This document shows, piece by piece, positions 56,154 through 64,000 of a stretch of 64,000 nucleotides of DNA. Within the stretch, counting starts at the first letter, position 1; each line of letters opens with the position of its first letter. This DNA is from an uncultured Hormoscilla sp. Lineage in GTDB: Bacteria; Cyanobacteriota; Cyanobacteriia; Cyanobacteriales; Desertifilaceae. Location: contig OZ001293.3 in assembly GCA_963921275.4 (NCBI GenBank), forward strand, positions 3,008,001 through 3,072,000, given 5' to 3'. The translations under genes were made by a program, and so were the position numbers. Under the pieces are notes generated by a model. It saw only the letters and a program-made list of their open reading frames with translations, searched no databases and was not told the origin of the DNA.

Positions 56154-57680
56154 CTAATCAGTCTTAGCTATCACCCAATTTACCAGAGTCCGGACCGGGA
56201 AACCCGTAGCGCCAACGCCATTGTAGCCATTTTCCTTATCTGTCCAAACCGGTCCAGCGATGTCTAAATGTACCCAAGGAGTCTCCTTAACAAATTGCTT
56301 CAAAAACAGGGTTGCTGTAATGGAACCACCGGGACGCGGACCAGTATTTTTCATATCAGCAACCACGGACTTCATGCCTTCAAAATACTTCTCCTCCATT
56401 GGCATGTGCCAGAACTTTTCCCCGGAAATTTCAGCAGCTTTACTCAGCTCTTGTGCTAAAGTCTCGTCTGTACTCCACATCCCGCCAATATCATTGCCCA
56501 AAGCCACCACACAGGCACCTGTCAGGGTCGCCAGATCTACTATAGCATCAACGCCCAACTTTTCGGCAAACACCAAAGCATCTGCTAGAGTTAGACGCCC
56601 TTCCGCATCAGTGTTGTTAACTTCGATCGTCTTGCCATTAGAAGCTTTAAGAATGTCACCTGGGTGCATCCCATGACCACTAATCATATTCTCAGTCGCC
56701 GCTGAAATGAAGTGAACCTCCACATCTGGTTTCAGCTGACCAATAGCTTTTGCTGCACCGAGGGTAGCCCCAGCACCACCCATGTCCGTCTTCATCATTT
56801 CAATGCCGCTACCGCCAACTTTAATGTTATAACCGCCAGAGTCAAATGTCAGACCTTTGCCCACAATTGCTAACTTGCAGCGGGGCGTATCTTTAGGCTT
56901 ATAGGTGAGGTGGATAAACTTCGGGGGCAGATCCGAAGCCTTCGCTACACCCAAAAACGCACCCATCCCCAACTTTTCACAATCTTCTCGTTCCAAGATT
57001 TCTACATCCATGCCATAGGCTTGGGCCAGGTCTTGGGCCGTTTGGGCTAAAGTTATCGGCGTTACCTCATTTGCCGGTGCTGCCACCAATTGCCGTGCCA
57101 GAAACACCCCAGAACAGATAATCTGCCCACGGGATATGGCCTCTTGCTGACCGGCAAGCCCGAGCAAATCTATTTGCTCTAATTTGCTCGGTTTATCTTC
57201 CGGTTCTGACTTAAAACGGTTATCCTGGTATAAAGCCAACTCTATACCTTCTACTATTGCCTGAGTGGTGGCCTCTGGGTCATCATTCCACACTGGCAGG
57301 CTCATCCCCAAGGTTTTACACCGTTCCTTTTCCGCCCAGGTGGCCCCAGTAGCAGCAACACGACGCCAGGCATCCAATTTTCCTTCGATGTGCTCGGGGT
57401 CGTGCGAGTAGCGCGCCCCGAGCACATCGGAGTCGGGTTTACCCATACCCACCAGCATAATTTTCCGGACTCCGTCGCGCACACCCGTGCGGGTGCAAGC
57501 GCTGGTGCCTTCTTTACCCTTAAATTCCGTCTCCTGCAACAGTTCGCTGATGGTCCCGTTCAGCCGCTCGTCCATCTGCCGGAGATCGCCTGTCAAATCA
57601 ACGGCATCCTCAAAAAAACCAATTACCAGGGCGTCCCCAGTGCAGTTAAGCCGTGGCGTGTCAATTGCTCTATATTCCAT
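56154..57680 (-). CDS. pepA: Leucyl aminopeptidase
   Basis: [31 protein letters not shown]. Confidence 0.96.
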   Translation of the reverse strand: MEYRAIDTPRLNCTGDALVIGFFEDAVDLTGDLRQMDERLNGTISELLQETEFKGKEGTSACTRTGVRDGVRKIMLVGMGKPDSDVLGARYSHDPEHIEGKLDAWRRVAATGATWAEKERCKTLGMSLPVWNDDPEATTQAIVEGIELALYQDNRFKSEPEDKPSKLEQIDLLGLAGQQEAISRGQIICSGVFLARQLVAAPANEVTPITLAQTAQDLAQAYGMDVEILEREDCEKLGMGAFLGVAKASDLPPKFIHLTYKPKDTPRCKLAIVGKGLTFDSGGYNIKVGGSGIEMMKTDMGGAGATLGAAKAIGQLKPDVEVHFISAATENMISGHGMHPGDILKASNGKTIEVNNTDAEGRLTLADALVFAEKLGVDAIVDLATLTGACVVALGNDIGGMWSTDETLAQELSKAAEISGEKFWHMPMEEKYFEGMKSVVADMKNTGPRPGGSITATLFLKQFVKETPWVHLDIAGPVWTDKENGYNGVGATGFPVRTLVNWVIAKTD

Positions 57681-58095
57681 CTGTTTATCTGTATCTCTTT
57701 CGATCGTTTGCCCTGGGATCTAGCCAGTCCCAATTGTAGATCGTCTATTAGAGAGGATAAGACAGCTAATGACAAAAGTTAAGTCGGCAGCGGGTGTGGT
57801 CATGCATTTGTTGGCAACGGAATGTTTGCTCTCCGTATCAACGGGTTTTGACCACACCCGTCGGCAGCAGCTGTCAGAAACCAAACTCAAGAGCGGCAAT
57901 TAGGGCCAATTGGCTGCTCGTGGCTGAGTTGATGAGTAAAAGTATGGCTCGAAAAATCCATATAGTTGTAATCTAACAGCTTAGCTTTCGTCAAGAGGAA
58001 AGAGCAAAAATCAGACCTGATATCCCAGAGGTTGAACTTTATCAGCTCTGTTAGAGTCTCAAGGGGATCGAAGTAGACCTTCTGTGTGAAGAGCC

Positions 58096-60339
58096 ATGTT
58101 TAAGGAGAAGCGACAGAGAAATAATCAAGTTTCTTGGGCGGCTTGTGCCGGTATTGGCGTATTGTTGATGGGAGTAACCCTACACAAAACGCCAGTAGTA
58201 GATGGACTACGCCAAAGGCTGGCTCAATGGTCGGCATCGGCTGAGCAGTCGCGGCAGTTGCAGCTGACACCCATTGGGGAAAATTCGGTAATAGGTCTGT
58301 TGGTGCAACTGGCACCCAGGGACAGGGAGCAGAAACTGCAAGCGCTAGCCCAAGAGACAGGCTCTCATGAGAGCTTACGCGCTCGTTATTTGCTGGCATC
58401 AGACCTGATAGAGCAGCAGCAGGGCCAACAGGCGCTCGCCCTGCTAGAAAAACTAGAGCGGGACTACCCAGTTTTAGGCTCTCACATCGCTCTCAAACGC
58501 GCCCAAGCTTACGAGGTAATGGGCGATCGCCTGAGTGCGATATCGGCCTGGAAAGATTTGCGGCGTCGGTACTCCCAAGACCCAGTAGCAGCGGAAGCAC
58601 TGTTGGCCCTGGGCTCTACAGATCCGAAATACTGGGAAAAAGCGATCGCACAATTTCCAGCCCATCCAGGGACAGTGGAAATGGCCTACCGAAGACTCTC
58701 TCAAGAGGATACCGACCAACTGCCGCTGTTGCTGCTATTGGCAAAACATGCCCATTACAGACAGGATTATACAGAGCTACTCAATCAGCTAGTGAGCAAA
58801 TATAAGGAGCAGCTGACCGCCGCAGATTGGGAGGCGATCGCCTTTGGTTACTGGGAAAAAGAAGCCTACGGAGAAGCCGGTGTAGCCTATAGGAAAGCCC
58901 CAGCAACGCCAGTAAATCGTTACCGTGCGGGTAGGGGGCTGCAACTGGGAGGGAAAAAACACTCAGCGATCAGAGCATATAAACAACTAATAGAAGAGTT
59001 TCCCGACGCTAAAATAACCGCCCGAGGCATGCTGCACCTCTCAAGACTCTCGGAGCCGAAATATGCCCTAAACTATCTGGAAAAAGTGCAGACACAGTTC
59101 CCTGACTTCGCAGCAGAGGCTCTATTAGAGAAATCAAAAGTTCTCAATAGTCTGGGAAGTGCTAAAGCAGCTTTTGTGGCCCGGGAATCGCTCCTGACTC
59201 AATATAGCAATTCCGACGAGGCAGCTCAGCTGCGATGGAGACTGGCACAAAAGCGAGCACAAGGTGGAGAGTTGACGGAAGCGTGGGAATGGGCCCAGCA
59301 GCTGACGGCGGAAAACCCTGATAGTCCCCTGGCCGCAAAAGCAGCCTTTTGGGTGGGGAAATGGGCTTCACTTCTGGGGCGGACCGACGATGCCCAGCAG
59401 TCCTTTGCTTATGTAATAATGCGCTACCCAGAGTCTTATTATGCTTGGCGCTCGGCGGTGTTATTGGGCTGGGATGTGGGGGACTTTAAGACTATGCGTA
59501 AGCTCAAACCCCAATTATATCGGCTCCCAGTCCGATCGGTATTGCTGGCAGGCTCAGACACCCTCAAAGAACTCTATCACTTAGGTCAAGACACCGATGC
59601 TTGGAAACTATGGCAGGTGGAATTTACTAATCGCTCTAGCCGCACCGTAGCAGAACAGTTTACAGATGGGCTCATACGTTTAGCGATCGAAGATCACCTG
59701 GAAGGCATTTTTATGATTAATAGCCTCAGTTGGCGGGACGAACCGGCAGACCGCGAACAGGTAAAGATGCTCAAGCAACAACTGGCTTATTGGCATGCCC
59801 TCTATCCCTTTCCCTATCTAGAGCAGATATTATCCTGGTCAGAAAAATACCATCTCAATCCCCTCTTGGTGGTCGGTTTAATCCGTCAAGAATCGCGATT
59901 TATGGAAAAGATCGAGTCCCCTGTTGGTGCCACTGGCTTAATGCAGGTGATGCCAGAGACCGGAGCATGGATTGCCGATCAAATCAATCTGACTGACTAC
60001 AAATTAAACAAGGCCAATGACAATATTCAACTGGGCACCTGGTATCTGGATTTCACTCACTGGCAATATCAAAATAACTCCATGTTAGCAGTTGCTAGCT
60101 ACAACGCGGGAACGACTAATGTGGACAGATGGATAGAAAGATTTGGTTTGCGCGACCCAGACCGTTTTGTCGAGTTCATCCCCTTTGGCGAAACCAAAGG
60201 CTATGTTAAATCGGTATTTGGTAACTACTGGAACTACGCCAGACTTTACGACCCCATGATTTCCCAGCAGCTAGCCCAGCTGCAATCAGCAGTGGCAGCC
60301 TCTACCATTCCGGAAAAATCGGATGAGTCAGGAGACTAA
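58096..60339 (+). CDS. Soluble lytic transglycosylase with TPR repeats
   Basis: IRQESRF, GATGLMQVMP, ASYNAG, ETKGYV. Confidence 0.92.
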   Translation: MFKEKRQRNNQVSWAACAGIGVLLMGVTLHKTPVVDGLRQRLAQWSASAEQSRQLQLTPIGENSVIGLLVQLAPRDREQKLQALAQETGSHESLRARYLLASDLIEQQQGQQALALLEKLERDYPVLGSHIALKRAQAYEVMGDRLSAISAWKDLRRRYSQDPVAAEALLALGSTDPKYWEKAIAQFPAHPGTVEMAYRRLSQEDTDQLPLLLLLAKHAHYRQDYTELLNQLVSKYKEQLTAADWEAIAFGYWEKEAYGEAGVAYRKAPATPVNRYRAGRGLQLGGKKHSAIRAYKQLIEEFPDAKITARGMLHLSRLSEPKYALNYLEKVQTQFPDFAAEALLEKSKVLNSLGSAKAAFVARESLLTQYSNSDEAAQLRWRLAQKRAQGGELTEAWEWAQQLTAENPDSPLAAKAAFWVGKWASLLGRTDDAQQSFAYVIMRYPESYYAWRSAVLLGWDVGDFKTMRKLKPQLYRLPVRSVLLAGSDTLKELYHLGQDTDAWKLWQVEFTNRSSRTVAEQFTDGLIRLAIEDHLEGIFMINSLSWRDEPADREQVKMLKQQLAYWHALYPFPYLEQILSWSEKYHLNPLLVVGLIRQESRFMEKIESPVGATGLMQVMPETGAWIADQINLTDYKLNKANDNIQLGTWYLDFTHWQYQNNSMLAVASYNAGTTNVDRWIERFGLRDPDRFVEFIPFGETKGYVKSVFGNYWNYARLYDPMISQQLAQLQSAVAASTIPEKSDESGD

Positions 60340-60489
60340 AGGAGAGAAGGTGAAAAATAGTTATAGGAAATCAAGGGATGATGCTTTAATGGAAGAGAAG
60401 GCGGTGTAGCACTCCCAATGGGATGATAGGAAGACTATCTTCCCTGTCATCCTAGGAGATCAGGGCGAGATAGTGGTGAATAACTAGTT

Positions 60490-62352
60490 ATGAATGATAG
60501 AAAGGCCCGCAAACAAGCGGAAAAAACTCTCCAGGATCTTTTCCAACAAAAGATGTTGCTGTCGATGATGCATTCTTGCATCCACTCTCAGGAAAAAATG
60601 CAGGAAATTCTCAGCATAACTGTTCGGAAAGTCCGGGAGTTCCTCAAGGCAGATAGAGTCATGATCTACAGATGGAATCACCGAAAAAGCGGGTTTGTGG
60701 TGATAGTGTCAGCCAGCACAACAGCTAGGGAAAGTATGTTAGGATTGCAGGTAGATGAGAGATTAATACCAGCAGCAGAGGTGCAGGAATACCAGGAAGG
60801 AAAAATCAAGGCGATCGCGGATATATATAGGGCAGGGTTGCAAGAGTCTCAAGTTCAGTTACTCTCGGATTTTCAGGTAGTGGCAAAGGTGGGCGTGCCC
60901 CTGCGGGTGGGAAATGCGTTGTGGGGTTTGTTAATGGTACATCAGTGCAATGGCCCCAGAAAATGGCAGCCCTTGGAAATAGATGCCCTGGAACAATTGG
61001 CAACACAGGTGGCGATCGCCATTCAGCAATCGGAACTTTACCAACAGGTTCAAAACCTGAACAGCGCTCTAGAAAACCAGGTACGGGAACGCACGGCCCA
61101 ACTGGAACAAGCACTGAACTTTGAGGCGATGCTCAAACGCATCACGGATAAGGTCCGCGATAGTCTGGATGAAACCCAGATTTGGCAAGCAGCAGTGCGG
61201 GAAGTAACTGAAGTTCTGGGCATCCGAGGTTGTAATGCAGCTCTGTACGACCAAGAAAAAGAAACATCCATTATCAGTGCAGCCTATAGTAAAAGTCCTA
61301 TGGTTAATCAAGAGCGGGTCGGACGAGTTGCTGCGCTGAAGAAATTCCCGGAAATCTACCAGCAGCAGCTCTTGCAGGGTCAGTATTTTCAGTTTTGTTC
61401 TTTGCTCCCTAACCCAGACAGGGGTAGGGTGGCAATGCTCGCTTGCCCCATTTTTGATAACCAAGGTGTTTTGGGCGATCTCTGGCTGATCAATCATGCA
61501 GATTATGTATTTAGTGAGTTGCAGATTCGCTTGGTGCAGCAGGTCGCCAATCAATGCGCGATCGCCCTCCACCAAGCGAGACTCTACCAAGCTGCCCAAA
61601 CACAGGTAGAAGAACTACAAAAGCTCAGTCGCCTCAAGGATGAGTTCGTCAGCACGGTGCAACATGAATTACGGACGCCGATGACCAACATGACCATGGC
61701 GATTAAAATGTTGACGATCGGTCTGCGTCAGGCGGGAGTTTTGCCCGCACCAGGGACAGAAGCTCCAGAGGGTAAGCCTTCAAAGGTGGCTCATTATTGG
61801 AAGATTATCCAAGATGAATGTAAACGAGAAATTAGTTTGATTAACGATCTGCTAGATTTGCAGCGACTGGAGAATCAATCACAACCTATAGCGTCCGAAG
61901 CCATAGAATTCCAGTCCTGGCTCCGAACCCTGGTAAAACCGTTTATCGATCGGGCCAGCAGCCGTCAACAAGTCCTAGAGGTAGATCTGGACGACCAACT
62001 GCCTCCTGTAATCTCCGATCCGGCTATTCTGGAAGGGGTAATACGCGAGTTGCTCAATAATGCTTGCAAATATACTCCACCCGGAGAACGCATTCTACTT
62101 TCTGCACGCAGTCACCAGGATAAAATTATTCTCAGAGTGACTAATTATGGGGTGGTCATTCCTGCCAATGAACTGCCACGCATTTTTGATAAGTTCTACC
62201 GCGTCCCCAGTACTGACCCCTGGAAGCAGGGCGGCACTGGCTTAGGCTTAGCTTTAGTTCAGAAACGTGTTGGTCACTTAGGTGGGATGATCGAGGTGGA
62301 AAGTGGAGAGGGTAAAACCTGCTTTATGATTGAGTTGCCCATTAAAATTTGA
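60490..62352 (+). CDS. GAF-GAF sensor histidine kinase
   Basis: Two GAF domains, HELRTP, ELLNNACKY, GGTGLGL. Confidence 0.92.
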   Translation: MNDRKARKQAEKTLQDLFQQKMLLSMMHSCIHSQEKMQEILSITVRKVREFLKADRVMIYRWNHRKSGFVVIVSASTTARESMLGLQVDERLIPAAEVQEYQEGKIKAIADIYRAGLQESQVQLLSDFQVVAKVGVPLRVGNALWGLLMVHQCNGPRKWQPLEIDALEQLATQVAIAIQQSELYQQVQNLNSALENQVRERTAQLEQALNFEAMLKRITDKVRDSLDETQIWQAAVREVTEVLGIRGCNAALYDQEKETSIISAAYSKSPMVNQERVGRVAALKKFPEIYQQQLLQGQYFQFCSLLPNPDRGRVAMLACPIFDNQGVLGDLWLINHADYVFSELQIRLVQQVANQCAIALHQARLYQAAQTQVEELQKLSRLKDEFVSTVQHELRTPMTNMTMAIKMLTIGLRQAGVLPAPGTEAPEGKPSKVAHYWKIIQDECKREISLINDLLDLQRLENQSQPIASEAIEFQSWLRTLVKPFIDRASSRQQVLEVDLDDQLPPVISDPAILEGVIRELLNNACKYTPPGERILLSARSHQDKIILRVTNYGVVIPANELPRIFDKFYRVPSTDPWKQGGTGLGLALVQKRVGHLGGMIEVESGEGKTCFMIELPIKI

Positions 62353-62373
62353 CAGTCTGTTAAATTAATATTA

Positions 62374-63385
62374 ACTCAAGTTGCGACCTATAAAAATTGG
62401 ATACAAAAAGCTATGATAAAGAGAATTATTTTCAACTCTAATCCCTTAGATGTAACAGCATGAATTGACTTGGGAAACAAATTGGTGATTCGACTAAAAC
62501 AGGTTTCAACTTGTTTTCTTGTTACTTTTTGTATATATTCAAAACAAGAAGATTCTTTTCTTTTTGAGTTCTTTTTTCGCAAAGGTTTTAACATTATACT
62601 TGACGACTCTTTTAGTAAATCCTCTAATTGATAATCATTATAAGCTTTATCTCCATAAACTATTGAATTTGATGGTAAGTCAAAGCCAAAAGATTGCAAA
62701 ACTTTAACATTATTATAACTACCAGGATCTAGATAAAATTCTATTGGCTTTCCATTTTTGTTTACCAACATATGAACTCTTAATCCATAAAAATAACGTT
62801 TTTTACTGGCAATATACCCTCGATATTCTTCCTTGTTATAAATTTGGCATCTATCAATCCTAATATTATCACATACTGGCACCGGGAAACTATCAAGAAT
62901 ATATTCTTGACCCGGATTGAGCTCTTTAAATGTTTGAGCTATAACTTGGAAGAAAAACATCCAAATTGGTTCCTCAATATTGTGTAATCGACGATTGAAC
63001 CTACTTTTACTTAACAGATTTTTTATATACTTGTGTTGGACCATAAATTGACAAGAGCGATCGTGGTGTCCTCCGAAAAAATATGCAGCAACTAATCCGA
63101 CTGTCATCACTTCGGCATTGTTCATTTTTACTTGTGGATCTTCTTTTATATTTAACGCTTTTAGTAGCTCGTCACAAAGAACAAAAATTGTTGTAATCAT
63201 ATCTTCCATCATCTACATCCCCCAGCAATTAACTATTATTTTAGTACATTATAACCTATAAACAGCCAACCCGCCGTCTAGCACAAAAAAAATATAATTT
63301 TGTATCAAAAGCTACGAAATATCCCAAATATCTGTAAAGTCTAAGTGGGTAATTCATATTTTTTTTAATAGGTCGCAACTTAGGT
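62374..63385 (-). mobile_element. IS982-family insertion sequence with intact transposase ORF (62388-63212)
   Basis: TIR AC(TC/CT)AAGTTGCGACCTAT and 8-bp TSD TAATATTA; DSFPV, YGDKAY, RKQVET. The empty site is visible in the duplicate at 63826-63840. Confidence 0.93.
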
Positions 63386-63394
63386 TAATATTAA

Positions 63395-63559
63395 CTGGAC
63401 AGTGCGAAGTTCTTTGGATAACGGCTTGTCATAAGCGGGTTTGGGTCTGATCGACCGACCATGGGCAATAAGCGGGTCACTACTGGCTGTAAGCTACTCC
63501 CAGCAAGGGTTTCAGCTTTTAGACTAGGTCTTTTTTCAGGAGAACTTCGCACTCTCCAG
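63395..63559. mobile_element. 165-bp MITE, TIR CTGGA(C/G)AGTGCGAAGTTCT, copy 1
   Basis: 19-bp TIR flanked by TAATATTAA on both sides. Confidence 0.8.
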
Positions 63560-63566
63560 TAATATT

Positions 63567-63622
63567 AAGTAATTTTATGGTTTATTGTGCTCGTGTTATC
63601 ATAATAAACCATAAAATTACTT
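63567..63622. other. Perfect 20-bp-stem inverted repeat (possible terminator)
   Basis: AAGTAATTTTATGGTTTATT...AATAAACCATAAAATTACTT. Confidence 0.5.
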
Positions 63623-63834
63623 GCTAAATCGGTTAATTACATGCAAATTTTGAGGCGAAAGATAAGGCAAAAAGCAATGTTGAGCAAATTTTTTGAAAAA
63701 AGTATGTATAATCAAGGCTAAGTATAAATTAATTAACCTCGATACCATATTCCGCACCACAAGTGGAGAGGGTAAAACCTGCTTTATGATCGAGTTGCCC
63801 ATTAAAATTTGACAGTCTGTTAAATTAATATTAA

Positions 63835-63999
63835 CTGGACAGTGCGAAGTTCTTTGGATAACGGCTTGTCATAAGCGGGTTTGGGTCCGATCGACCGACC
63901 ATGGGCAATAAGCGGGCCACTACTGGCTGTAAGCTACTCCCAGCAAGGGTTTCAGCTTTTAGACTAGGTCTTTTTTCAGGAGAACTTCGCACTCTCCAG
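63835..63999. mobile_element. 165-bp MITE, copy 2 (within a local duplication)
   Basis: Near-identical to 63395-63559. Confidence 0.8.
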
Positions 64000-64000
64000 T

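Noticed and set aside
60490..61060. Cyanobacteriochrome photoreceptor GAF
   Set aside because: Phytochrome-like GAF, but the bilin-binding Cys-His motif is absent (QESQVQLL at that position).
1611..63802. Numerous short overlapping or antisense ORFs in the six-frame track
   Set aside because: They are shadows of longer genes or repeats and have no recognisable motifs.

Overview
This window comes from a cyanobacterial chromosome. HIP1 (GCGATCGC) is dense, and 7-bp STRR tracts and Yfr1 are present; the repeat style suggests a filamentous strain. Intact housekeeping blocks (valS, clpX-clpP-tig, asd-dapA-rnj, truB, guaB3-Yfr1-trxA, pepA, slt) alternate with decaying accessory DNA. The left 17 kb is a minus-strand biosynthetic cluster: heme-oxygenase-like diiron enzyme, Asp/Glu racemase, NRPS A-T-C-A-T-C, MFS remnant, GT4-radical SAM fusion, WG-repeat/O-methyltransferase fusion, GT9 and MATE. 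The most notable locus is 51.2-56.1 kb. It holds a long prokaryotic Argonaute with a DEDD tetrad and a coupled Cas4-like PD-(D/E)XK nuclease, both frameshifted in this sequence. Upstream lies a five-unit ~125-bp non-CRISPR tandem array in which each unit carries two 19-bp palindromes, a sigma70-like promoter and a hairpin. Divergently transcribed from it is an XRE repressor plus ImmA/IrrE-type metallopeptidase pair. The window also has an IS607 element with a Fanzor-like TnpB, two IS982 elements and one IS5, several MITE families, and a 21/30-bp repeat inserted in frame into many proteins. All calls come from reading the sequence; no searches were run.
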